64,000 nt of DNA from Desulfatiglandales bacterium (GTDB taxonomy: Bacteria > Desulfobacterota > DSM-4660 > Desulfatiglandales > HGW-15), in the NCBI GenBank assembly GCA_963667015.2, contig CAXXJJ010000001.1, positions 1,504,001 to 1,568,000 of the forward strand. Reading direction: 5' to 3'. Within the stretch, counting starts at the first letter, position 1. Each line of letters starts with the position of its first letter. Below the pieces are notes generated by a model that saw only the letters and a list, made by a program, of their open reading frames with translations, made no database searches and was not told where the DNA came from. Shown here piece by piece: positions 48,669-59,979 of this stretch. Both the position numbers and the translations under genes were made by a program.

Positions 48669-50408
48669 ATGGATGAAAAAGACTATAAGATAATACGGCA
48701 ATTGTTTGACGACTATGTGCGGATGTATTCATCACGCGATGACCAGCTAACCACCTGCTTCAGTGAGGATTTTTCAGGCTTTACCGGAGGAGGAGATTTT
48801 CTGGTTAAAGACAGACAAGAATGGATTGCGATTACCCGCCAGGACTTCTCCGAGATCAAAGATCCGCTTCGTATCGAGCTCAAAGATTTGGCCATACAGT
48901 CACTGAGCGATACTATCGCAGTTACGACCGGTTTCTTCATCATTCATCTGCCTTTCAAAGACCATGTCCTGTCACGGGAGACAGCCCGGCTGGTACTGAT
49001 ATTCCGAAGGGAATCCGAAGGCTGGAAAATATCCCACAGCAGTATTTCCATTCCCTATCACCTTGTTCAGGATGGTGAAGTCTATCCTTTGAAAGCCTTG
49101 ATGAGCCGTAATCAGGCCCTGGAACAGCTGGTCGCCGAACGGACGCTACAGGTTTCCGACGCAAATGCCCGGCTGCATAAGACAAATGAAGAACTGAAGC
49201 AGGAGATTGCCGAGCGCAAGCAGACCGGGGATGCCCTGCAGCAAAGTAATCAAAAAATTGAAGCGGTCACATCAATCCTGCCTGATGGAATAGGAATATT
49301 ATCTTTAGATGGAAAAATACAGCAGATATCCGATAAGCTGATAAAATTGCATGGTTATTCCACGGAAAAAAAAGATGAATATATTGGAAGATCGGTTTTT
49401 GATTTCCTTGATCCTTCAAGCCATAAAACACTGATTGAAAATATTCAAAAATTGCTGGCCGGTGAAGGAGGTCACAGGCTGACAGAATATCTGGCTGTTA
49501 AAAAAGATAACAGCACATTTTATATTGATGTGAACTCTACAGTTCTGGTTGATTCCAGCGGAAATCCTGAAAGCATCCTGTATGTCGAACGCGACATCTC
49601 GGAACGAAAGAAGGCGGAAGCGGATAAGGTAAAACTGGAATCTCAAAACAGACAACTTCAGAAGACTGAAAGCCTGGGTCGCATGGCCGGGGCAATCGCG
49701 CATAATTTCAACAATATACTGGGGGCGGTGATAGGGAATCTTGACCTGGCCGTGATGGAGATTTCCGAAGGGAAGAATCCTGAACCAAATATAGCCGAGG
49801 CTATGAAGGCATCCAGAAGGGCCGCGGAGATGAGCGGCCTGATGCTGACCTACCTGGGGCAAACATTTGAGAAGGATGAGCCCATGGATTTTTCAGGAGC
49901 CTGCAGTCAGGCTCTGCCCATGCTTCAAGAGATTCTCCCGGAAAAAGTGACACTGGAAACCGATCTGTCGGTTCCAGGACCGGTTATCATGGCAAATACG
50001 AACCAGATTTTTGAGGTCCTTACCAATCTGACCGCTAATGCCGGGGAGTCCATCGGTGGGAGAGAAGGCATTATCAGCCTGAACGTCAAAACTGTTTCAG
50101 CCGGGGATATCCCTACGGAACACCGTTTCCCTTCGGACTGGCACCCTCAGGACAATGCATATGCCTGCCTGAAAGTAACTGACACGGGTTGCGGGATTGA
50201 CGATAGTGATATGGAGAAGCTCTTCGATCCTTTTTTCTCAAGCAAGTTCACCGGACGTGGAATGGGCCTGGCAGTGGTACTGGGGATTGTGCGCGCCCGC
50301 GGCGGAGTCATCACAGTGGAAAGCGAACCTGGCCGGGGCAGCACCTTCCGGGTTTTATTACCTGTTCCAGGGAACCCTGTCAAAAAGGGCGGGGCCGGCC
50401 TGTCCTGA
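48669..50408 (+). CDS. Histidine kinase with N-terminal SnoaL/NTF2-like and PAS domains
   Basis: WKISHSSIS end of NTF2 fold, PAS, AHNFNNIL H-box, DTGCG, GRGMGL. Confidence 0.85.
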   Translation: MDEKDYKIIRQLFDDYVRMYSSRDDQLTTCFSEDFSGFTGGGDFLVKDRQEWIAITRQDFSEIKDPLRIELKDLAIQSLSDTIAVTTGFFIIHLPFKDHVLSRETARLVLIFRRESEGWKISHSSISIPYHLVQDGEVYPLKALMSRNQALEQLVAERTLQVSDANARLHKTNEELKQEIAERKQTGDALQQSNQKIEAVTSILPDGIGILSLDGKIQQISDKLIKLHGYSTEKKDEYIGRSVFDFLDPSSHKTLIENIQKLLAGEGGHRLTEYLAVKKDNSTFYIDVNSTVLVDSSGNPESILYVERDISERKKAEADKVKLESQNRQLQKTESLGRMAGAIAHNFNNILGAVIGNLDLAVMEISEGKNPEPNIAEAMKASRRAAEMSGLMLTYLGQTFEKDEPMDFSGACSQALPMLQEILPEKVTLETDLSVPGPVIMANTNQIFEVLTNLTANAGESIGGREGIISLNVKTVSAGDIPTEHRFPSDWHPQDNAYACLKVTDTGCGIDDSDMEKLFDPFFSSKFTGRGMGLAVVLGIVRARGGVITVESEPGRGSTFRVLLPVPGNPVKKGGAGLS

Positions 50409-50582
50409 CGATGTCGATGAATTGCTGGAGGACCTTAACAGGACATACCATCCTATGCGTCAGAGCGCTATTGACGATTAATTGTTCGATGTGATCTCAG
50501 GCCTTGAGGCGTTAAAAACAAACAAACCTTTTATATTCATTCTTTTCTTATTTCTACTCTTACCTCCATAAGTTGTGAAAAT

Positions 50583-50727
50583 GATCATATATGGCCAATT
50601 ACGCAAATGTGACCTTTTTCAATTGAATTTTATTGTTTCAGCGAATGCTGTTTCAGCCGGATTATTCTTATAAATCAGAGTGATAGATATCTCAATCCAT
50701 ACCCGGAAGCATGGCATGAATATTGAG
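50583..50727 (+). promoter_or_regulatory. Sigma54 promoter module 5
   Basis: GATCATATATGGCC 50583 and ACGCAAATGTGACC 50601; IHF-like AATCAGAGTGATA 50673; TGGCATGAATATTGAG 50712. Confidence 0.8.
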
Positions 50728-50820
50728 TATATTTAAGAGCAGGAAAAATTTTTAAGGTTACATTAAAACATTATTCTATAGAAGAATAAATTATGAAGGA
50801 GACGGCATCAAGCCGGAGGA

Positions 50821-51636
50821 ATGACGAATAGGGCTACAGATCTGGTTATGATGAGGGTGTTTACCCTTTTTGGCAGGAAAGCGATCGGCTGGGTCAACAA
50901 CATTGGTGCCTCGGGGATTTTTCTCCTGCTGGCATTCGTGCAGATCCTTCGGCCCAGGCAACTGCGCAAGGTCCTTCAGCAGGTTTATTACATCGGGGCA
51001 CAATCCACGATGATTATCCTGCTTGTCGGGTTGTTTACCGGTATGGTACTGGGGCTGCAATCCTATTATGCCCTGGTCAAGTTCGGTGCACAGGGGGCTC
51101 TCGGCACCCTGGTAGGCCTTTCACTGGTCAGGGAACTGGGTCCGGTTCTTACCGCTATCATGATTACTGCCAGGGCCGGCTCTGCCATTACCGCGGAGAT
51201 TGGCATCATGCGTATCTCCGAGCAGATTGATGCCCTCTACACAATGCGCATTGATCCGCTCAGGTATCTCATCATTCCCAGGATTATTGCTTCTATCATA
51301 AGCTTTCCCATACTCACGGTGCTGTTTGATCTAATCGGCATCCTTGGCGGCTACATCTCAGGTGTTCTGCTTCTGGGTGCCAATTCAGGAACCTATTTTT
51401 ATCGGGTCCAGGCTGATATGGAAATAACAGACATCACGGACGGTTTCATCAAGTCTGTTGTTTTTGCTGTAATCGTCTCCACTATCTGCTGTTACCAGGG
51501 GTATTTTGCACACATGCGTGAGGATGGTCATGGTGCCAAGTCCGTTGGACTCGCTACCACATCGGCTGTTGTGCTCTCCTGTGTTCTTATTCTGGTGTCC
51601 GACTATGTTGTGACATCACTGCTCAGTCAGGGATAA
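50821..51636 (+). CDS. mlaE: MlaE ABC permease
   Basis: RELGPVLTA...GSAITAEIGIMRISEQIDAL. Confidence 0.92.
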   Translation: MTNRATDLVMMRVFTLFGRKAIGWVNNIGASGIFLLLAFVQILRPRQLRKVLQQVYYIGAQSTMIILLVGLFTGMVLGLQSYYALVKFGAQGALGTLVGLSLVRELGPVLTAIMITARAGSAITAEIGIMRISEQIDALYTMRIDPLRYLIIPRIIASIISFPILTVLFDLIGILGGYISGVLLLGANSGTYFYRVQADMEITDITDGFIKSVVFAVIVSTICCYQGYFAHMREDGHGAKSVGLATTSAVVLSCVLILVSDYVVTSLLSQG

Positions 51637-51639
51637 TCC

Positions 51640-52884
51640 ATGGATGCTCCTTTAATAGAATTCAGAGATGTTACCAAGCGGTTCGGAACGAGGACTGTCC
51701 TTGATCACGCAAATCTTAAGATCTATGAAGGTGAGGTCACAACTATTATAGGTCTCAGCGGTTCAGGCAAGAGTGTACTCCTCAAGCATATCATAGGGTT
51801 GCTCAGGCCGGATGAAGGGGACATTTATTTTCGGGGCAATTCAATAAACAGGATGAAAAAAAGCGAGACGAATACAAGCCTCGCCGAGATAAGCTACATG
51901 TTCCAGGACAACGCACTTTTTGATTCCATGACAGTATATGACAATATTGCACTTCCGCTGCAGGAAACAACGAACCTGGGTAAATCAGAAATCAACAGCA
52001 GGGTAATGGCCAGAATTGAACAGACAGAACTCAGAGATTCGGCAGATAAATATCCTTCCGAACTGTCGGGGGGAATGCAGAAACGTGCAGCACTGGCTCG
52101 TGCTCTTGTAACCGACCCACACATTGTGCTTTTTGATGAACCGACTTCCGGCCAGGACCCGGTCAGAAAAAACGCCATTCTGAGCATGATTGCACAGTAT
52201 CAGAAAAAATTCGGATTTACAGCCATTCTGGTGAGTCATGAAATCCCGGATGTGTACTTTATCTCAGACCGCATCCTTGCGCTTTATGATCGAAACATCG
52301 TTTTTCAGGGTACTCCGGAAGAGCTGGAAAATTTATCACACCCCTTCCAGAATGAAGTTATAAACAGCCTTGAAGGGCTGCAGGAAGAATTAACAGGCCT
52401 GTACTCAAAAAGACAGTTCAAGGTTCTCAATCACACTACGCTGAATCGGAGGGGGCCGGGAGAAACCTATACTGTTGTGGTCTTTAGGCTGGAAGAACTG
52501 AATGCCATCATAACCAATTTAGGTTACGAAGCGGCACAGGAGGCCATTCGGAAAATGGGGGTATATATAGAAAAGAACTTTAGTGTCATAGGGGGTTTTT
52601 CCACACGCCTCAGTACCAATGAATTTGTTACGGTTCTCCCCTACTCGGATAAATCTGAAGCAGAAAGTATCCTGAAGGATTTTATCAATGATTTTGAAGA
52701 GCAGGGGATTAAAGAAATATGGGAGGGAGCCCGCTCGCAACGTGACTCAGAGCTGTGTGTCGAATTTGTCATTATGGCCGGGGTTGCCCAGGGTCAACCT
52801 GTCGCGGAAGTAGATACAGTAATAGAGTCGGCAAAACAGCAGCAAAAAGAAATTGCCCGTCTTCGGTGCGACGGGGGGAGGTAA
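51640..52884 (+). CDS. mlaF: MlaF-like ABC ATPase with C-terminal degenerate GGDEF-like domain
   Basis: GLSGSGKS, LSGGMQKR, FDEPT; tail LTGLYSKRQF...RLSTNEF. Confidence 0.85.
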   Translation: MDAPLIEFRDVTKRFGTRTVLDHANLKIYEGEVTTIIGLSGSGKSVLLKHIIGLLRPDEGDIYFRGNSINRMKKSETNTSLAEISYMFQDNALFDSMTVYDNIALPLQETTNLGKSEINSRVMARIEQTELRDSADKYPSELSGGMQKRAALARALVTDPHIVLFDEPTSGQDPVRKNAILSMIAQYQKKFGFTAILVSHEIPDVYFISDRILALYDRNIVFQGTPEELENLSHPFQNEVINSLEGLQEELTGLYSKRQFKVLNHTTLNRRGPGETYTVVVFRLEELNAIITNLGYEAAQEAIRKMGVYIEKNFSVIGGFSTRLSTNEFVTVLPYSDKSEAESILKDFINDFEEQGIKEIWEGARSQRDSELCVEFVIMAGVAQGQPVAEVDTVIESAKQQQKEIARLRCDGGR

Positions 52885-52887
52885 AGG

Positions 52888-53340
52888 ATGCAGAAGTATA
52901 CCATGGAAACAACGGTCGGTATCTTTCTCGTTATCGGGTTGATCCTAATCGGTTATATGACAGTGAACCTCGGCCATGTCTCTTTTCTGGGAGATGACTC
53001 CTACCCTCTTTCCGCCCGTTTCACCACGGTCAGCGGTCTGAGAAAAGGCAGCCCGGTTTTAATGTTAGGCCTTGAGGTTGGAAAGGTGGGCAAGCTCACC
53101 ATGGACCAGGAAAACCAGAGAGCAGCGGTAGAAGTGCGGATACAAAATGGCATAAAGATTTATGACGATGCCATTGTCTCTATAAAAACGGAAGGGTTGA
53201 TTGGAGGAATGTATCTCAGTATTGAACCGGGAGGGGCAGGAAAACTTCTTAATCCCGGAGAAACTATTACCGAAACGCAACCGGCTGTAGATATAGTAGA
53301 TCTCATCAGCAGGTATGCTTTTGGGGATCTGAATAAATAA
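52888..53340 (+). CDS. mlaD: MlaD MCE-domain protein
   Basis: FTTVSGL...GLEVGKV...KTEGLIG. Confidence 0.92.
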   Translation: MQKYTMETTVGIFLVIGLILIGYMTVNLGHVSFLGDDSYPLSARFTTVSGLRKGSPVLMLGLEVGKVGKLTMDQENQRAAVEVRIQNGIKIYDDAIVSIKTEGLIGGMYLSIEPGGAGKLLNPGETITETQPAVDIVDLISRYAFGDLNK

Positions 53341-53369
53341 ACGCATCAGAAAGTTAAAAGAGGGAATCT

Positions 53370-53963
53370 ATGAAAAAACGAATCGCAGTATTAAATATCA
53401 TCATATTCCTGTTTTTTTCTCTTCCGGCATATGCAGGATTGCCGATGGACACGGTCCAGACCAGTCTTAATAAAGTGCTTGAGATTCTGGGCGATCCGGA
53501 ACTCAAAGCTACGGCGGCTGAAGAGATTAAGAGGGATAAACTCAGGCGCGTCTATGAACATATGTTTAATGATGTCGAAATTTCAAAGCGCGCTCTGGCC
53601 AGGCACTGGAACAGCATTAATACCACCCAGAGACAGGAGTTCGTTCAGCTTTTTCGACAGTTAATCGAAAGGACATACATCGACCATATCCTTTCTTACA
53701 GCAACGAGAAGATCGTTTTTGACAGAGAAACTCTTGTCTCGGCAAACAAGGCTGAGGTTCAAACGAGAATCGTCACCTCATCAAAGGAGACTCCTGTTTT
53801 CTACAGGATGATTATAAATGACGGTGAGTGGAAAGTATATGATGTCGTTATAGAGAACGTGAGTATGGTTCTTAATTATCGCAGTCAGTTTAATGATATT
53901 CTGGCAAAAAATACCTTCGAACAGTTGTTTGAAATCCTGCGGGAGAAAGTGAATACCAATTAA
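53370..53963 (+). CDS. mlaC: MlaC periplasmic lipid-binding protein
   Basis: WKVYDVVIENVSMVLNYRSQF. Confidence 0.9.
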   Translation: MKKRIAVLNIIIFLFFSLPAYAGLPMDTVQTSLNKVLEILGDPELKATAAEEIKRDKLRRVYEHMFNDVEISKRALARHWNSINTTQRQEFVQLFRQLIERTYIDHILSYSNEKIVFDRETLVSANKAEVQTRIVTSSKETPVFYRMIINDGEWKVYDVVIENVSMVLNYRSQFNDILAKNTFEQLFEILREKVNTN

Positions 53964-53985
53964 CAATTTAAATCGGAGAATAAAA

Positions 53986-55681
<1,696 letters not shown>

Positions 55682-55878
55682 TTAATGACAGGATATCATG
55701 ATTTCACACTGAGATATGTCAGGGAGAGCTGATGGATGATGTATCACTTCTAACAGATGAGGCAGCGTTTTTTTAGAACCGGGGATTCTCAAAGGACATG
55801 ATGGCTGAATCTGTTCCGGAGAAAGAATTATCTGTTAAGACCTGCCAGAACCAGTTCTCTTCATAAAAGGAATTTTCT

Positions 55879-56673
55879 GTGAAAGAAAAACCGACCTATA
55901 AAGAAATGGAACAGGGCCTTAAGAATTTAAAGGAGGAAGCCATCGATCAAATGCAGATTGAGGAGGCCTTAAAAGAAAGTTCTGAAAGAATTAAGTTCTT
56001 TGCCTATTCAATATCGCACGATCTCAAGAGTCCGGCCATAGGCCTCTATGGCCTTACAAAACGGCTGCAAAAAGATTATGCGGATATTCTTGATGAAAAA
56101 GGTCAGAGGTACTGCGATCAGATATTGAAAATCTCCGGGCAGATTGTCGAACTGGTTGAACAGATCAATGTTTTCATTTTAACAAAGGAAGCGCCTTTGG
56201 ATATTGAAAAATTATCGTTAAAGGAAATACTTCTGCTGGTAAGAGAAGAGTTCTCGGCTCAAATCAGTCTTCGGGGAATAAAATGGTCGGAACCTGACTG
56301 TTTCCCTGAAATCGAGGCAGATAGGTTGTGCATCATAAGGGCCTTCAGGAACCTTGTGGACAATGCAATAAAATATGGCAGTGAAACATTAAGTGAAATT
56401 GATATCCGGTATAGTTCGTCTGATATCTCCCACATCCTTTCTGTCAGGGATAATGGCATCGGCTTGAGAGGAGAGGATTCGAGCGTTGATATTTTTTCCC
56501 CTTTCATACGAAAAAAAACATCCATGGGTATTCAGGGATCAGGCCTGGGTCTGAATATTCTAAGGGAGATAGCAGATAAACATGGAGGAGAAGTATGGCT
56601 TGAGCCAGGCCTGGAGAAAGGAATAACATTCTATTTATCAATTCCAAAGAGCCATCATTCAGGGACAAAATGA
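55879..56673 (+). CDS. Histidine kinase without a sensor domain
   Basis: SISHDLKSP, NLVDNAIKY, DNGIG, GSGLGL preceded only by a short coiled coil. Confidence 0.85.
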   Translation: MKEKPTYKEMEQGLKNLKEEAIDQMQIEEALKESSERIKFFAYSISHDLKSPAIGLYGLTKRLQKDYADILDEKGQRYCDQILKISGQIVELVEQINVFILTKEAPLDIEKLSLKEILLLVREEFSAQISLRGIKWSEPDCFPEIEADRLCIIRAFRNLVDNAIKYGSETLSEIDIRYSSSDISHILSVRDNGIGLRGEDSSVDIFSPFIRKKTSMGIQGSGLGLNILREIADKHGGEVWLEPGLEKGITFYLSIPKSHHSGTK

Positions 56674-57278
56674 TCGAAATGAAAGTGATTGATGCGGGTG
56701 GCAAAATGAATGCCATGGTACTTGCAAAAGAGAAAAAACAGCAAAACATCCTGGATATGGCGATTGGTTATACTGCCATGATGCCATTACTCCAGGAAAG
56801 TTCAGTCGATCTTATCAAAGAAAAACTGACAGATCTGTTTGAAGCTCTTAAAAGTGTAAGGTCGGATCAGGACTTCAGTAAGATACACAGCGACTTCTGC
56901 CAGTGGTTTGTTAAGACTGTCAGGTTGGCGAAGAGCATGGAACATATGGGGTATGGTCATGCTGCAAAGGTTCTCGATCTTGCTCTCAAGGTCTACGTTT
57001 ACTACTGCAGGATGCCGGGCCCAGCAAAGGCCAAGTCCCTGATGCCAAGGTTAAACGGGATCATCGACACATCAATTCTTCGCAGTCTGTTTAAGAAGCT
57101 CGATGATATTTACAGGGAATTCTACCCTCCACATTATTTTTGGACCATTACGATGATAGCCAAAGAAGATTATGATTTATTGCAGAGGGTCATTCGTCAG
57201 GATATCAGAGTCTCCTTTGATAATAATATACTGCCTGTTCAATATGACGACATCATAGGCCGACACCTGGACCTGTGA
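56670..57278 (+). CDS. Hypothetical protein
   Basis: Long ORF; YGHAAKVLDLALK motif; function unassigned. Confidence 0.65.
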   Translation: MIEMKVIDAGGKMNAMVLAKEKKQQNILDMAIGYTAMMPLLQESSVDLIKEKLTDLFEALKSVRSDQDFSKIHSDFCQWFVKTVRLAKSMEHMGYGHAAKVLDLALKVYVYYCRMPGPAKAKSLMPRLNGIIDTSILRSLFKKLDDIYREFYPPHYFWTITMIAKEDYDLLQRVIRQDIRVSFDNNILPVQYDDIIGRHLDL

Positions 57279-57368
57279 AGCAATTGTACAGGAGACTGCA
57301 CCGATCGTTTGCTCCAGTATGAATTCAACAATGCAATCCCTGCAAACAGGATTGCAGATCATTTAAAA

Positions 57369-57515
57369 GGTCATATATGGCCACTGGCTAATTATGACCC
57401 TTTTCCGAATAACCGCTACCGGTAATACTGAAAATAATTTTGCGCTGATTTTGTTTAAATATCAAGGGGATGCCGGTGTTGTGCCAGGGATTTAAACCGT
57501 GGCACATTAATTGAA
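57369..57515 (+). promoter_or_regulatory. Sigma54 promoter module 6
   Basis: GGTCATATATGGCC 57369 and GGCTAATTATGACC 57386; IHF-like TATCAAGGGGATG 57460; TGGCACATTAATTGAA 57500. Confidence 0.82.
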
Positions 57516-57594
57516 CTTAAATACCTGTGTAACTCGAAAACTATTATTCTATAAGCAAATTATTAATTCGAACGGAAAGGACGGAAGGACAGCT

Positions 57595-59058
57595 ATGAGG
57601 CTATATCTAATCAATCCATCCAACCCTCTTGTAAGTATTGTCAAAGTCAAAGAGAGTTACTGGAACCGTTACCGTGTCTGGAAGCCGCTCAGCCTTATGG
57701 TTCTTGCGGGTCTTACCCCGGCGGATTGGGAAGTCTCAATCGTAGACGAGAATTTAGGTACTCCGGATTATCCGGCTATGCCTCGACCGGACCTCGTGGG
57801 TATTACTGCTTTTACCTCTCAGGCGAACAGGGCCTATGAAGTAGCTGCTTATTTTCGGAGTCTGGGTGTACCTGTCATCATGGGGGGGATTCACGCAACC
57901 ATGTGCCGTGAAGAGGTTCTGGAACGCGTGGACTCAGTTGTTACAGGAGAGGCTGAAAGTGTATGGACTCAGGTTCTGGCAGATGTCCGAAACGGTTGTC
58001 TGAAGCGCCGTTATGAGGGAGGACTTGCTGATATAAAAAATATCTCCTTTGCCAGGCATGATTTATTGCCGCCTGAATATGCATTTGGAGCCATACAGAC
58101 CACGCGCGGCTGCCCATTGAATTGCAATTTCTGCAGTGTAACAGCCTTTAACGGAGCCCACTACCGCCAGCGTCCCATTTCGGATGTGGTGGAGGAATTC
58201 CAGCTTATCAATGAAAAACGTGTGCTGGTCGTGGATGACAACCTGATCGGAACGAGCCGTAAACATATTGAACGGGCTAAAGAATTGTTCCGGAGCATGA
58301 TACATGCGAACCTTAAAAAGGAGTGGGTGGCTCAGGCCAGTATTAATTTTGCCGATGACGAGGAACTCCTGAGCCTTGCGGCAAAGGCGGGCTGCAGAGG
58401 AGTTTTTATCGGTTTTGAAACCCCCTCTGCTCAAGGATTAAAGGAACTTGGAAAGAAATACAATATAAGTGAAAATCGTGATTTCAGCGCTTCAGTTCAG
58501 CGCATTCAGCATCATCATATACTTGTTGTGGGCTCCTTTATTATAGGTCTGGACGTTGATAAATCTGGTATCGGCAAGCAGATCGCAAATGTCGCAAATC
58601 AGTATGGTATTGACTGCCTCAATACGCTCTTTCTCACACCTCTGCCAGGCACACGCCTCTGGGAACAAATGAAATCCGAGGGCCGCATTTTACTCAACAG
58701 GTTTCCTGATGACTGGAAATATTACACACTGACTTTTCCGGCAGCAGTTTATAAACAATTGTCTGTTGAGCGCATAATCCATGAAATGATCACGTGTGAC
58801 CATGATTTTTATTCCATACCGCAGATATTACGCAGGATGTGGAAAAGTATATGGCAGCGTCGTGAACCATTTATCAGTCTGGTGAGTAATTTATCATACA
58901 GGCACAATCTCCGGTTAAACCGCAAGGTTTATGCCGCTTTTATTTTATATATAAAAAGCCGGGGGTTGAGAGGAGGCCGCAGTAATGTCATTCAAATTAA
59001 AATTGAAAACAAAAATGGGGCTCGACAGTCTTATAAAAAAGCTCCTTTCCGCAATTAA
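57595..59058 (+). CDS. B12-binding radical SAM protein
   Basis: TRGCPLNCNFC, GGIHAT, TPLPGT. Confidence 0.9.
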   Translation: MRLYLINPSNPLVSIVKVKESYWNRYRVWKPLSLMVLAGLTPADWEVSIVDENLGTPDYPAMPRPDLVGITAFTSQANRAYEVAAYFRSLGVPVIMGGIHATMCREEVLERVDSVVTGEAESVWTQVLADVRNGCLKRRYEGGLADIKNISFARHDLLPPEYAFGAIQTTRGCPLNCNFCSVTAFNGAHYRQRPISDVVEEFQLINEKRVLVVDDNLIGTSRKHIERAKELFRSMIHANLKKEWVAQASINFADDEELLSLAAKAGCRGVFIGFETPSAQGLKELGKKYNISENRDFSASVQRIQHHHILVVGSFIIGLDVDKSGIGKQIANVANQYGIDCLNTLFLTPLPGTRLWEQMKSEGRILLNRFPDDWKYYTLTFPAAVYKQLSVERIIHEMITCDHDFYSIPQILRRMWKSIWQRREPFISLVSNLSYRHNLRLNRKVYAAFILYIKSRGLRGGRSNVIQIKIENKNGARQSYKKAPFRN

Positions 59059-59779
59059 AGATAAACACGGAAACCATAGGCTGGATAAGAGACTTGCCAG
59101 AGAGCTTCTCGACATGACCGGGTTTAAAAAAAAGAAGGTCAGAGATCTGGACCTGTATATTCTGCCTCACGAAGGTGAACTTATGGAGATTGCGGTTTTA
59201 GGAAATGAGCTGACAATCTATCGTACTACCCTGGAAGATATAGCTATGCGTAAAAGCCCACAATGGCGGGAAGTATTCAGTATCAGCAATATAAGAAAAA
59301 TAATGAATGATAAGGATATAATTGAAAGTAAATGCAGGGAATCGCTTGAAAGGTTATATGCAGATGCACTGGGGCTCCTGGATCTTAGTTATACAAAGGA
59401 TGATATATCACTGCTTCTGGATGATGCACGCAGCGGTCTCGAACAGAAATCCATTATTAGGATACAGGAATCGCTGGACCTCTTTATCGGTCTGCTGGAT
59501 TTTAAGGAAGTATCTTTCGGCGGGCTTACTAAGGATTTGCATCTGTATGCCGGAATAAAATTTAACGGGGGTGCTGTTCCTACTTATAAACCCACCATTC
59601 TATTTGATGAAAACAAAATGTACCTTGGCATGAAGAAAAAGGCCTATAAACCACGGAGTGAAGACGACCTTGCCTGGTTTGTAAAACATACCATGAAAAA
59701 AGAAGAAGCAGATCTCAAGGGCCTTGATGTTTTTAAATTTCTGTCTGAACTGGCGCTGGAAAAAGCTCTGGTTTCTTGA
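58985..59779 (+). CDS. Hypothetical protein
   Basis: 264 aa, GGAGG RBS; overlaps upstream ORF tail. Confidence 0.65.
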   Translation: MSFKLKLKTKMGLDSLIKKLLSAIKDKHGNHRLDKRLARELLDMTGFKKKKVRDLDLYILPHEGELMEIAVLGNELTIYRTTLEDIAMRKSPQWREVFSISNIRKIMNDKDIIESKCRESLERLYADALGLLDLSYTKDDISLLLDDARSGLEQKSIIRIQESLDLFIGLLDFKEVSFGGLTKDLHLYAGIKFNGGAVPTYKPTILFDENKMYLGMKKKAYKPRSEDDLAWFVKHTMKKEEADLKGLDVFKFLSELALEKALVS

Positions 59780-59829
59780 ATGGGTTTTTTACCGGATAAA
59801 ATAATCGCCTAAAACTAAAAGAGGATATT

Positions 59830-59955
59830 ATGGGAGACAAAGGGAAAAAAGATAAAGGCAAACTTGAAGAACAGAAAAAGGGTAAGCAGACACTCAAGGA
59901 GAAGCGAAAACAGAAAAAAGACAGTACCAAAACAATTTGGGAAAATGATAAATAA
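59830..59955 (+). CDS. Small Lys-rich protein (41 aa, not in ORF track)
   Basis: GAGG RBS; MGDKGKKDKGKLEEQKKGKQTLKEKRKQKK... Confidence 0.6.
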   Translation: MGDKGKKDKGKLEEQKKGKQTLKEKRKQKKDSTKTIWENDK

Positions 59956-59979
59956 ATCCAGGAACGAAAGGCAGTAATC

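Noticed and set aside
57511..57594. Longer start for the radical SAM gene
   Set aside because: The TTG lies inside the -12 element of promoter module 6; ATG 57595 has an RBS
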